In this document: positions 19,723 to 29,473 of the stretch, piece by piece
Numbering within the stretch: position 1 is the stretch's first letter
Layout of the letters: every line of letters begins with the position of its first letter
Assembly (NCBI GenBank): GCA_902604355.1
Contig: CACKYN010000002.1
Coordinates: 13,630 to 77,629 of the forward strand
Source: an uncultured Pelagibacteraceae bacterium
GTDB lineage: Bacteria > Pseudomonadota > Alphaproteobacteria > Pelagibacterales > Pelagibacteraceae
DNA: 64,000 bases
Direction of reading: 5' to 3'
Program-made: the position numbers and the translations under genes
The notes under the pieces: generated by a model
Databases searched by the model: none
What the model was told of the DNA's origin: nothing
The model's input: only the letters and a program-made list of their open reading frames with translations

Positions 19723-20799
19723 ATGGTTTCAATAAAAAATAGTAATAAAAATATTAAAAAAATTTTATTTGATCCAATAGAAAAAACAAAAAATAAATTT
19801 TCCTCAGTTTTAAATAATTTAAAAAAAAAAAGAGTTAAAAAAGATTTAGCATTAAAAAAACAATTAGAAAAAGAAAAAAAAAGAGAATTAATTTTAGAAA
19901 AAAAATTAGCAAAAAAAGCAAAACAGGATGAAGTAAAAGAAGAAAGAAAGAAAATTCTTTTTCAAAAAAAATTAATTATTGAAAATGAAAAACAAAAGAA
20001 AAAAAATGAGGAAAAAAGACAAAAAATAGAAGCTCAAAGAATTAAAATAGAACAGAAAAAAATTAAAGACGAAGAAGCGAAAAAACTTAGGGAAGAAGCT
20101 AGAAAACTTAAGCAAGAAGATTTAAGGCTAAAGATGCTCGAAAGACAAAGAATTAGAGAAGAAAATTTTAAAATCAAAGAAGAGCAGCTAAAAAATAAAG
20201 AACTTGAATCTCAAAAGATAAGAGATGAAAAAGAAAAGGAAAGACAAGAAAAAGTAAGATTAAAAGAAATTGAGAGAAAAAATCGACTTGAGGAGGAGCA
20301 AAGATTAAGAGAGGCAGCTAGAAAATTGAAATATGAGCAAGAAAAACTTAAAGAAATGGAGCAAAGATTAAGAGATCTAGAAACCGAGAGACAGCAAGAA
20401 ATTCAAAGGCAGATTTTAAAAGAAGAGACAGAACAAAGAGCCAAAGAAGAAGAATTAAGAATTAAAGAAAAAGAACTTAAACAAGCCGAACGTGAAAGAA
20501 TAAGTAAAGAAAATGAAAGGCGTCAAAGAGAAAGAGAATTGAAAATAGAAGAGGAAAGACAAAAAAGAATTGAAAAAGAAGAAGAAAGAATTCGATTAAG
20601 TGAAATGGCCCAAAAACAGAGAATTGATGAGGAAAATAGACGAATGAAGGAGTGGGAAAAAAAATTTGATGAGGAGCAAAGATTAAAAGAGGAAGAGGTA
20701 GTTAAAAAATTTTACAGTGATGAAATTTACAAACAAGAAAATAATCACAATGATAATAATCTAGACACTAAAACTGATGAAGATAATTTAAAAAATTAA
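19723..20799 (+). CDS. Hypothetical highly charged E/K/R/Q-rich helical protein
   Basis: 358-aa ORF, almost no Gly/Pro, alternating E-rich and K/R-rich runs, no TM segment. Confidence 0.7.
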   Translation: MVSIKNSNKNIKKILFDPIEKTKNKFSSVLNNLKKKRVKKDLALKKQLEKEKKRELILEKKLAKKAKQDEVKEERKKILFQKKLIIENEKQKKKNEEKRQKIEAQRIKIEQKKIKDEEAKKLREEARKLKQEDLRLKMLERQRIREENFKIKEEQLKNKELESQKIRDEKEKERQEKVRLKEIERKNRLEEEQRLREAARKLKYEQEKLKEMEQRLRDLETERQQEIQRQILKEETEQRAKEEELRIKEKELKQAERERISKENERRQRERELKIEEERQKRIEKEEERIRLSEMAQKQRIDEENRRMKEWEKKFDEEQRLKEEEVVKKFYSDEIYKQENNHNDNNLDTKTDEDNLKN

Positions 20800-22250
20800 A
20801 TTTTCTGGTCATATTCACCAACCTTACCTGTTTTTTGTAATAAATCGTCAATAAAGTCAAAGATTTTTTTCTTCCTTTCGTCTGATGTCGGACTTTCCGT
20901 AACAACTACTAAAGAAGGTTTATTTGATGATGCTCTGATTAAACCCCATGAGCCGTCCTCAAAAGAAAATCTAATTCCATTAACTGTTAAAATCTCTGCA
21001 ATAATTTGATTATCAATTTGTATTTTATTATTTTTAACTTGCTCCACTTGTTTTACCAATTCTTCAACTACTTGATATTTTTCGGCATCTTTACAAAAAG
21101 GGGCCATTGTAGGTGATTGGTAAGTTATAGGTAATTCATCAATAATTTCACTCATTTTTTTATTTTGATTATTTAGTAAATGACAAACTTGAATTGCAGA
21201 ATTAATCCCATCATCATACCCATAACCTAGTGGTTGATTAAAAAAGAAATGTCCACTTTTTTCAAATCCAGCCAAAGCTTTTTCTGTGTTAACTTTTCTT
21301 TTAATATGAGAATGACCTGTTTTCCAATAAATGGTATCGCAGTTGTTTTTTGCTAATACTTTATCTTTTGCGTATAAACCTGTAGATTTAACATCTACTA
21401 CAAACTTAGAATTTTGGTGCTTGGTAGACAAATTTCTTGCAATTAATAAACCAATTTTATCTGAGAATATCTCATTACCTTTGTTGTCAATCACTCCAAC
21501 TCTGTCACCATCTCCGTCAAAGCCAAATCCTATATCAGCATTATTTTCTTTTACAGATTTTGCTATTTCATGAAGCATTTCTAAATCTTCAGGGTTGGGA
21601 TTGTATTTTGGAAATGTCCAGTCTAAATTACAATCTAGTTCAATTACTTCACAACCTATTCCCCTTAATATATCTGGAGCAAACACACCTGCGGTACCAT
21701 TTCCACATGCAACAACAGCTTTTATTTTTTTATTAATTTTATTATTTTTAATTAAATCTTTTTTGTAAATTTGCTGGAAATTTTCGATTAGTTTCTCACT
21801 TCCTTGTCCTAATACAAATTTTTCATTTAAAGTTATTTTTTTTAATTCCTTCATTTCCTCAGGAGCATGAGTTAATCCCTTTTTGATACCCATCTTAACT
21901 CCGGTCCATCCATTTTCATTATGACTTGCAGTTACCATTGCAACAGCATCAGAATTTAAATTAAACTGTGCAAAATAAACCATTGGTGATAATGACAACC
22001 CAACATCTTCGACATTACACCCAGTCGATAGTAATCCTTTTTTTAGAGCAATTTTTATCTCTTCGCTGTAAGAACGATAGTCATGTCCAACTATAACTCT
22101 TGGGTTATTTTTTTTAGTATTATTAATAATTTGTGTACCTAAACCTTTTCCAAGATTCTCTATTCCAGCTTTATTTATGTCTTTTTCATACAACCATCGG
22201 GCGTCATATTCTCTGAATCCGTAGGGGTCGATTTTAATATTTTCTGTCAT
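20796..22250 (-). CDS. Phosphomannomutase/phosphoglucomutase
   Basis: FREYDAR, VTASHN, FDGDGDR, GFEKSGH; start probably ATG 22250 rather than 22325. Confidence 0.92.
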   Translation of the reverse strand: MTENIKIDPYGFREYDARWLYEKDINKAGIENLGKGLGTQIINNTKKNNPRVIVGHDYRSYSEEIKIALKKGLLSTGCNVEDVGLSLSPMVYFAQFNLNSDAVAMVTASHNENGWTGVKMGIKKGLTHAPEEMKELKKITLNEKFVLGQGSEKLIENFQQIYKKDLIKNNKINKKIKAVVACGNGTAGVFAPDILRGIGCEVIELDCNLDWTFPKYNPNPEDLEMLHEIAKSVKENNADIGFGFDGDGDRVGVIDNKGNEIFSDKIGLLIARNLSTKHQNSKFVVDVKSTGLYAKDKVLAKNNCDTIYWKTGHSHIKRKVNTEKALAGFEKSGHFFFNQPLGYGYDDGINSAIQVCHLLNNQNKKMSEIIDELPITYQSPTMAPFCKDAEKYQVVEELVKQVEQVKNNKIQIDNQIIAEILTVNGIRFSFEDGSWGLIRASSNKPSLVVVTESPTSDERKKKIFDFIDDLLQKTGKVGEYDQKI

Positions 22251-22325
22251 TTGATAATTTTTTATATCTTTTATGTTAATTAACCCTAATTTTTTAATTT
22301 TTTTTATTGATATATAATTTATCAT

Positions 22326-22340
22326 GTTCTATAAATGTTC
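22326..22340. promoter_or_regulatory. Alphaproteobacterial LexA (SOS) box
   Basis: GTTC-TATAAAT-GTTC, exact GTTC-N7-GTTC, in the pgm/nrdA intergenic region. Confidence 0.6.
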
Positions 22341-22380
22341 TATTGATTTACTGATTATATAGTATATTAAGTCAAAACGC

Positions 22381-22396
22381 CTACAACATGTAGTTG
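22381..22396. promoter_or_regulatory. Putative NrdR box
   Basis: CTACAACATGTAGTTG matches the core of acaCwAtATaTwGtgt; just upstream of nrdA. Confidence 0.55.
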
Positions 22397-22429
22397 TTTT
22401 CGTTAAATAAACTAAATATAATAAGAGTT

Positions 22430-24367
22430 ATGAACAAAATTTTATCGCAGGCTCTAAAGAAAGCTGTCTCTGAATATAGCCCTCAAGTTAATGAAGTTTC
22501 AAAAGACAAAAGACCCGATCTTTTCTCATTAAATAACGAAACTGAGCTATTTCAAAATGACAAGGGTATTATTATTAAGATTGATCGTTCAAAAGACAAA
22601 AATTTAACTGACTTTGGTAAAGCGACTTTAAAAGACAGATATCTTGGTCACAACGAATCTTTTCAAGATCTATTTGCTAGAGTTGCAAGCTCATACGCTG
22701 ATGACAATCTTCATGCTCAAAGAATTTATAATTATATAAGTAATCTTTGGTTTATGCCGGCTACTCCTGTTTTATCTAATGGAGGTACCAAAAGAGGATT
22801 GCCTATTTCTTGTTTTTTAAACGAAGCATCAGATAGCTTGGATGGTATTTTAGATTTGTGGAGCGAAAATGTTTGGCTTGCGGCTAAAGGTGGTGGCATT
22901 GGAAGTTATTGGGGTAATCTAAGATCTATTGGTGAAAAAATTGGTAAAGTTGGAAAGACTTCAGGAATAATTCCATTTATTAAAGTTATGGACTCTTTAA
23001 CTATGGCTATTAGCCAAGGCTCTTTAAGAAGAGGTTCTGCTGCTTGTTATCTTCCAGTTGATCATCCTGAGATAGAAGAGTTTATAGAAATGAGAAGACC
23101 AACAGGTGGTGACCCAAACAGAAAAGCATTAAATTTACATCACGGTGTTTTAGTTTCAGATGCATTCATGAGAGCTGTAGAAACTGATGAACAATGGGCA
23201 TTGAAAAGTCCTGCAGACGGAACAGTTCAACAAACTATTTCAGCAAGAAATTTATGGATAAGATTATTAACTGCTAGAATAGAGACTGGTGAACCATATA
23301 TAATTTATATTGATACAGTTAATAGACAAATACCACAGCATCATAAATTAGCTAATCTGACAGTTAAAACTTCTAACTTGTGCAGTGAAATAACTTTACC
23401 AACAGGAATAGATAAAGACGGTAGAGATAGAACAGCAGTTTGTTGTTTGTCATCTTTGAACTTAGAAAAATATGACGAATGGAAAGATGATCCAAACATG
23501 ATTAATGATGTTATGAGATTCTTAGATAATGTTTTATCTGACTTCATAAATAAAGCACCTGATCAATTTAAAGATGCAAAGTATTCAGCAGAAAGAGAAC
23601 GAAGTGTTGGATTAGGTGTAATGGGTTTCCATTCATTTTTACAAAAAAATAGAATTCCTTTAGAATCTGTAATGGCTAAGTCTTGGAATAAAAAAATATT
23701 TAAAGACATAGATGCAAAAGTAAATCAAGCTTCTAAAGACTTAGCAGAAGAAAGAGGTGCATGTCCCGATGCTGCAGAATACGGTTATCAAGAAAGGTTT
23801 TCTAACAAGACCGCAATTGCACCAACAGCTTCAATTTCTATTATTTGTGGTGGAGCGTCACCAGGAGTTGAGCCAATTGCTGCTAACAGTTATACTCACA
23901 AGACCTTGTCTGGTTCATTTAATGTTAAAAATAGATATTTAGAAGAAATCCTAGAAAGTCACGGAAAAAATGACGACGAAACATGGTCAAGTATTACAAC
24001 AAATCAAGGCTCGGTTTCTCATCTAGACTTTTTAACTGATTTAGAGAAAGATGTTTTTAAAACAGCATTTGAGTTAAACCAAAATTGGATTATTGAGCTA
24101 AGTGGAGATAGAACTCCATTTATATCTCAAGCACAATCAGTAAACTTGTTTTTACCCGCTGACGTTCATAAAAAAGAACTTCATAAAATTCATTTTGACG
24201 CCTGGAAAAAAGGTTTAAAAAGCCTTTATTACTGTAGATCAAAATCAATCCAAAGAGCTGAAAATATTAATGATGCCAAATCAACAGATATTATGGCCAA
24301 TGTTTACAAAAATAAATCAACCAAAACTGAAGAAACAGAATACGAGGAGTGTTTATCATGTCAGTAG
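22430..24367 (+). CDS. nrdA: Ribonucleotide reductase class Ia alpha subunit (no obvious ATP cone)
   Basis: PATPVLSN, ISCF, SNLCSEI, AIAPTAS, LKSLYY, C-terminal CLSCQ; ATG 22430 preferred to TTG 22394. Confidence 0.95.
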   Translation: MNKILSQALKKAVSEYSPQVNEVSKDKRPDLFSLNNETELFQNDKGIIIKIDRSKDKNLTDFGKATLKDRYLGHNESFQDLFARVASSYADDNLHAQRIYNYISNLWFMPATPVLSNGGTKRGLPISCFLNEASDSLDGILDLWSENVWLAAKGGGIGSYWGNLRSIGEKIGKVGKTSGIIPFIKVMDSLTMAISQGSLRRGSAACYLPVDHPEIEEFIEMRRPTGGDPNRKALNLHHGVLVSDAFMRAVETDEQWALKSPADGTVQQTISARNLWIRLLTARIETGEPYIIYIDTVNRQIPQHHKLANLTVKTSNLCSEITLPTGIDKDGRDRTAVCCLSSLNLEKYDEWKDDPNMINDVMRFLDNVLSDFINKAPDQFKDAKYSAERERSVGLGVMGFHSFLQKNRIPLESVMAKSWNKKIFKDIDAKVNQASKDLAEERGACPDAAEYGYQERFSNKTAIAPTASISIICGGASPGVEPIAANSYTHKTLSGSFNVKNRYLEEILESHGKNDDETWSSITTNQGSVSHLDFLTDLEKDVFKTAFELNQNWIIELSGDRTPFISQAQSVNLFLPADVHKKELHKIHFDAWKKGLKSLYYCRSKSIQRAENINDAKSTDIMANVYKNKSTKTEETEYEECLSCQ

Positions 24368-25389
24368 CAGAAAAAATAAGTTCAGAAATCATACAATCTG
24401 AAAAAAAAGAAATTATTAAACCAAAAAAAATGGGATTATTAGTAGAAAACCCAGTTTATAAACCATTTAGATATCCTTGGTGTTATGATGCTTGGTTAAC
24501 ACAACAAAGAATTCATTGGTTACCTGAAGAAGTTCCTTTAGGAGATGATGTAAGAGATTGGCAAAAAAATTTATCTCAGTCTGAAAAAAATTTACTAACA
24601 CAAATTTTTAGATTCTTTACTCAAGCTGATGTTGAAGTAAACAATTGTTACTTAAGACATTACACAACAGTTTTTAAACCTACCGAAGTCTTAATGATGA
24701 TGACTGCTTTTGCATCAATGGAAACAGTTCATGTTGCTGCTTACTCACATCTTTTAGATACCATTGGCATGCCAGAGTCGGAATATTCTGCCTTCATGAA
24801 GTATAAAGAAATGAAAGATAAATATGATTATATGCAAAACTTTAATGTAAATTCAAAAGAAGATATTGCTAAAACTGTTGCCGTATTTAGTGCATTTACC
24901 GAGGGACTTCAGTTATTTGCAAGTTTTGCAATTTTGTTAAATTTTCCAAGACATAATAAAATGAAGGGTATGGGCCAAATTGTTACCTGGTCTGTTAGAG
25001 ATGAAACTCTTCACTGTAATTCTATGATAAGAGTTTTTAAGGAATTCATTAATGAAAATCCTGAGATATGGACACCAAAACTAAAAAAAGAACTTTATGA
25101 AGCTTGCAGAACTATCATAGAGCATGAAGATGCATTTATTGATTTAGCTTTTGAAATGGGCCCAATGGAGGGTTTAACTGCAAAAGATGTTAAAGATTAT
25201 ATTCGATTTATAGCTAATAGAAGACTAGTTCAGCTTGGTTTAGAGGCAATTTATGATGTTGAAAAAAATCCTCTAGGTTGGTTAGATACTATGCTTAATG
25301 CTGTCGAGCATATGAACTTTTTTGAAGGTCGTGCAACAGAATATTCTAAAGCATCCACACAAGGAACTTGGGTAGAAGCTTTTAGTTAA
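24358..25389 (+). CDS. nrdB: Ribonucleotide reductase class Ia beta subunit
   Basis: HWLPEEV, FFTQAD, ETVH..AY, RDETLH, NFFE.RATEY; start 24349 or 24358. Confidence 0.95.
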   Translation: MSVAEKISSEIIQSEKKEIIKPKKMGLLVENPVYKPFRYPWCYDAWLTQQRIHWLPEEVPLGDDVRDWQKNLSQSEKNLLTQIFRFFTQADVEVNNCYLRHYTTVFKPTEVLMMMTAFASMETVHVAAYSHLLDTIGMPESEYSAFMKYKEMKDKYDYMQNFNVNSKEDIAKTVAVFSAFTEGLQLFASFAILLNFPRHNKMKGMGQIVTWSVRDETLHCNSMIRVFKEFINENPEIWTPKLKKELYEACRTIIEHEDAFIDLAFEMGPMEGLTAKDVKDYIRFIANRRLVQLGLEAIYDVEKNPLGWLDTMLNAVEHMNFFEGRATEYSKASTQGTWVEAFS

Positions 25390-25390
25390 T

Positions 25391-26020
25391 TTGATTTATA
25401 AGAAATACTTTCGAAAGACCAGCTTAAAACAAAAAGGAGTTGGTGATTTTTTTTTAGAAGAAATCAAGTCTAGAAAACCAAAAATTTTCCTTGAGGTAGG
25501 GGTTTTTCATGGTGTTACAGCCAGAAATGTATGTGAATTACTTAACTCTATTCATGGAAATGACTTTAAATATATAGGTTTAGACTTATTTAATGAAGGT
25601 CAGGAAAATATTAATGAAATTATACCTAACACTAAGTTTAATAATCCATTAAAAACTATCTATTTTAATTATATTAAAAAACAAGATCCTTACAGTTTAG
25701 AGGCAGTACAGGATTTACTCAAAAAATTTAAAAATAACATTTCTTTGCTTAAAGGTAATTCGAATACAATTTTAAAAAAAATAGATATGTCAAAAATAGA
25801 TTATGTTTTTTTAGATGGAGGTCATGAATATTTAACAGTATTAAATGATCTAAATTGTTGTATTGAAGTTATAAATAATAATGGGACAGTATTATGTGAT
25901 GATTATGACTTAAGTTACGCTCCAGGTGTAAAAAAAGCTGTTGATGAATTTATCTTGAATAATAAATTTAGATGTCAGATTATTTGCAATAATAGATTTG
26001 CCAAAATAGAGAAAAGCTAA
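25391..26020 (+). CDS. Class I SAM-dependent methyltransferase (Methyltransf_24-like)
   Basis: LEVGVFHG, VFLDGGH.Y, DDY. Confidence 0.8.
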   Translation: MIYKKYFRKTSLKQKGVGDFFLEEIKSRKPKIFLEVGVFHGVTARNVCELLNSIHGNDFKYIGLDLFNEGQENINEIIPNTKFNNPLKTIYFNYIKKQDPYSLEAVQDLLKKFKNNISLLKGNSNTILKKIDMSKIDYVFLDGGHEYLTVLNDLNCCIEVINNNGTVLCDDYDLSYAPGVKKAVDEFILNNKFRCQIICNNRFAKIEKS

Positions 26021-26021
26021 A

Positions 26022-27146
26022 TTATCTCTGATTTAACTCCAAAACTTTTCTGTGCCTATTTCCTTTGTAACTAGCAAGAGGTCTAATAAGTTTGTTAGCA
26101 GCATGTTGTTCCATGATATGAGCTGACCAACCAGTAATTCTTGAAATTACAAATATGGGTGTAAAAAAATCAGTATCAAAACCCATTAAATGATACGTAG
26201 GTCCTGTTGGATAATCTACATTTGGGTGGATATTTTTTTCTTTAATCATAACTTTTTCAACAATGTCATATATTTTCTCAAATTTTTTATCTTTTTTAAG
26301 TTTTGCAACTTTTCCAAAATATTTTCTCATTGTAGGAACCCTTGAGTCACCTGACTTATAAACTCTGTGACCAAAACCCATTACAACTTCTTTATTTTTT
26401 AAAGCATTATTAATCCACTTTAATGCGTTCTCTGGTTTTTTAATTTTATTCATCATATGCATTACTTCTTCGTTTGCTCCACCATGTAATGGTCCTTTTA
26501 AGCTAGCAATAGCTCCGGTAATTGCTCCATGAATATCTGACAAACTGCTTGTTATAGTTCGTGCAGTGAATGTTGAAACATTAAAGCTGTGTTCTGCATA
26601 CAAAATTAAAGAAACATCAAATGCTTTAACAATTTCATTTTGTGGTACTTTACCAAAACACATATAAAAGAAATTTTCGGCAAAAGTTAAGTTTTTTTTT
26701 GGTTTTATTATTTTTTTTCCTTTTCTAATTCTATAAAATGCTGCTAGAGCAGTTGGAGTCTTTGCAAAAATTCTTAAAGCTTTTCTGGTGTTTGCTTCTG
26801 GGGAAGAGTCTTGAGTTTCTTTATCTTCCAGTCCCATGACGCTTACAGCAGTTCTAGCTACATCCATTGGATGAGATTTTTTAGGCATATGTTTAATTAT
26901 CTCATATAAATTTTTTGATAAATCTCTGTTATTTTTTTCTTCTTTTTCAAATTTTCTAAGTTCTATGGTATTTGGTAAATCTTTATTTAAAATTAAGTAA
27001 GCAACTTCTTCAAATCTACAATACTCGCATAAGTCTTGTGCGGCATACCCTCTGTAGGTAAGAGAATTTATTTCTGGCATAACTTTTGAAACTTCAGTTT
27101 CATCTACAACAATTCCTAGTAATCCTTTTTTTATATCTTCATTCAT
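26022..27146 (-). CDS. prpC: 2-methylcitrate synthase/citrate synthase II
   Basis: LYAEHSFN, GPLHGGANE, GFGHRVYK, NVD; downstream of prpB. Confidence 0.88.
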   Translation of the reverse strand: MNEDIKKGLLGIVVDETEVSKVMPEINSLTYRGYAAQDLCEYCRFEEVAYLILNKDLPNTIELRKFEKEEKNNRDLSKNLYEIIKHMPKKSHPMDVARTAVSVMGLEDKETQDSSPEANTRKALRIFAKTPTALAAFYRIRKGKKIIKPKKNLTFAENFFYMCFGKVPQNEIVKAFDVSLILYAEHSFNVSTFTARTITSSLSDIHGAITGAIASLKGPLHGGANEEVMHMMNKIKKPENALKWINNALKNKEVVMGFGHRVYKSGDSRVPTMRKYFGKVAKLKKDKKFEKIYDIVEKVMIKEKNIHPNVDYPTGPTYHLMGFDTDFFTPIFVISRITGWSAHIMEQHAANKLIRPLASYKGNRHRKVLELNQR

Positions 27147-28042
27147 TATTCATGTCCTTCTGTACTAAAGTTGTAAATTTTTTCATCCAATGAGTTATAT
27201 TTTTCGTATTCAACAAGCTCATAAAGTCTTTTTCTAGTTTGCATTTTATCAATTATGTTATTCTGATGTCCATTAACATAAATGTCTCTTAATCCGTCTT
27301 CTACATTTTTCATAGCTAATCTTTGAGTGGTTACAGGATAAATTACAATGTTAAATCCTATATTTTCCAATTCTTTATAATTAAATAATTTTGATTTTCC
27401 AAATTCAGTCATGTTAGCTAGTAAATAACAACTAAGTTCTTTTCTCACTACTTCAAAATCTTTTTCATTTTGCAAAGCTTCTGGAAAAATAATCTCAGCA
27501 CCAGCATCTACATAAGCTTTACATCTCTCTATCATTTTATCTATCCCCTCAACACTTTTTGCATCAGATCTTGCAATTATTTTAAAATTTGGATCTTTTT
27601 TAGCAGATACACATTCCTTAATTTTTTTCACCATAGCTTCTGTTGAAATAAGTTCTTTATTGTCAAGGTGACCACATCTTTTTCTCTCAATTTGGTCTTC
27701 TAAATGAACTCCAGTTATTCCAAATTCCTCAAATGTTTCAATTGTCTCTTTGCAAGATTTAAAACCCGTATCTATATCAACAATAGTAGGAAGATTTGTG
27801 ACTCTGGATATTAAGTACGATCTAGTGCTTACATCTTGTAAAGTAGTAAGTCCTATATCAGGAAAACCAAGATCATTAGCCATAACTCCACCAGAAACAT
27901 AAACAGCATCATATCCAATTTCTTCAACTAATTTTGCTGTAAGCGGATTATAAGCACCGGGAACTCTTAATATTTTATTAGATTTTAATTTTTCACTAAA
28001 ATCTATTCTTTTTTGACTTGGTTCTTTATCTATAAAATGCAA
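27146..28042 (-). CDS. prpB: 2-methylisocitrate lyase
   Basis: KRCGH, DIDTGF, LANMTEFGK, MQTRKRLY. Confidence 0.92.
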   Translation of the reverse strand: MHFIDKEPSQKRIDFSEKLKSNKILRVPGAYNPLTAKLVEEIGYDAVYVSGGVMANDLGFPDIGLTTLQDVSTRSYLISRVTNLPTIVDIDTGFKSCKETIETFEEFGITGVHLEDQIERKRCGHLDNKELISTEAMVKKIKECVSAKKDPNFKIIARSDAKSVEGIDKMIERCKAYVDAGAEIIFPEALQNEKDFEVVRKELSCYLLANMTEFGKSKLFNYKELENIGFNIVIYPVTTQRLAMKNVEDGLRDIYVNGHQNNIIDKMQTRKRLYELVEYEKYNSLDEKIYNFSTEGHE

Positions 28043-28100
28043 TTTAAATACCTCGAATTCTTTTGTAGATGTTTTAAAGGTTAAATTAAATTAATCAATA

Positions 28101-28781
28101 TTAAAGATAATTTGAAATGATTTTTTCAATTCCAACAAAATCTTTAATTAAGTGATTATGATAAATGTCATCAATATTTTTTTCAGTGTAACCATCTTCC
28201 AATAATATCATTGGTATTTCAGCAGCCTTTGCAGCATTAGCATCAGTTTCGCTGTCGCCGATCATAATAGATTTACTTTTCTCACCGTCTAAAATTTCAA
28301 TAACCGTGGTTAAATGTCTTGGATCTGGTTTACAATATTCGAAAGTGTTATAACCCGCAACATATTCGAAGTAATCATGAACTCCGATTTTTTTTAGTAG
28401 ATCAATAGCAAGATGTTCTGTTTTGTTTGTACATACTGCCATAGATATGGTCTCTTTTTTACACCAATTTAAAAAATCTTTAACACCTTCTAATAACTTG
28501 CTCTCATTTAAAATATTTTTGCCGTAGTAAGATAAAAATTCGTCAGTCATCTGGCTTTTTACTTTTTCATTTATAGATGTTAATTCTTTTTTTGCTTGAC
28601 TCCATATGGATCTTCCAATCATTGCGCCTGCACCTTTTCCAACTGATGTTTTCAATTCTTCCAAAGATTTGGTAGGATAGCCAAATTTCTTCATTACGTG
28701 GTTGTGAGCATGCATTAAATCTGGTGCTGTATCAACAAGTGTACCATCTAGATCAAATAAAATAGTGAATTTTTGTTTCAT
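28101..28781 (-). CDS. gph: Phosphoglycolate phosphatase (HAD)
   Basis: FDLDGTLVDTAPDL, TNK, KPDP, IGDS..D. Confidence 0.85.
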   Translation of the reverse strand: MKQKFTILFDLDGTLVDTAPDLMHAHNHVMKKFGYPTKSLEELKTSVGKGAGAMIGRSIWSQAKKELTSINEKVKSQMTDEFLSYYGKNILNESKLLEGVKDFLNWCKKETISMAVCTNKTEHLAIDLLKKIGVHDYFEYVAGYNTFEYCKPDPRHLTTVIEILDGEKSKSIMIGDSETDANAAKAAEIPMILLEDGYTEKNIDDIYHNHLIKDFVGIEKIISNYL

Positions 28782-28849
28782 TATAAAAGTATTTTAAAGA
28801 AATAATTTGTGAGTTAATTAAGTTCTATACTTAATATAATTAAAAACAA

Positions 28850-29470
28850 ATGAAACCTTTAAATTCACAAAAAATCCAAAGTAAGTTAAGAAATAAATTT
28901 TTAAAAGAAGGTGTAAAAATGTTAGGGGGTGAAACAATTTTTTTTTCTAAAGATACAAAAATCGGTAAGAATGTGTTAATAGAGCCTTATGTTGTTTTTG
29001 GTCCAAAAGTAAAAATTGGAAACAATGTGACAATTAAATCTTTTTCTCATTTAGAGGGGTGCAAGATTGAAAATAAAGTTGAAGTTGGTCCATATGCTAG
29101 AATTAGACCTGATACACTTTTAAAAGAGGGATCTAAAATAGGGAATTTTGTTGAAGTTAAAAAAAGTACTGTAGGGAAAAAGTCCAAAGTGAATCATTTA
29201 TCCTATATTGGTGATACAGATATTGGTAAAGCTACGAATGTTGGAGCAGGAACGATTACTTGTAATTATGATGGTATTAAAAAACATAAAACAAAAATCA
29301 AAGACAAAGTATTTATAGGCTCAAATTCTTCCTTAGTAGCACCTGTTATAATTGATAACGAAAGTATTGTTGGAGCAGGTTCTGTTATTACTAAGAATGT
29401 ATCTAAAAAATCACTAGCACTTACAAGAGCTTTACAGACAGAAATTAAAAATTATGAGAGAAAAAAATAA
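28850..29470 (+). CDS. glmU: GlmU acetyltransferase (left-handed beta-helix) domain only
   Basis: GPYARIRP, GNFVEVK, NHLSYIGD, GAGTITCNYDG; upstream of glmS; 206 aa, no uridyltransferase domain. Confidence 0.85.
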   Translation: MKPLNSQKIQSKLRNKFLKEGVKMLGGETIFFSKDTKIGKNVLIEPYVVFGPKVKIGNNVTIKSFSHLEGCKIENKVEVGPYARIRPDTLLKEGSKIGNFVEVKKSTVGKKSKVNHLSYIGDTDIGKATNVGAGTITCNYDGIKKHKTKIKDKVFIGSNSSLVAPVIIDNESIVGAGSVITKNVSKKSLALTRALQTEIKNYERKK

Positions 29471-29473
29471 ATT

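Noticed and set aside
19723-20799. Tandem DNA repeat or CRISPR-like array in the purine-rich stretch
   Set aside because: No fixed-length nucleotide repeat; low complexity follows from E/K/R codons. No CRISPR array or cas gene seen anywhere in the window
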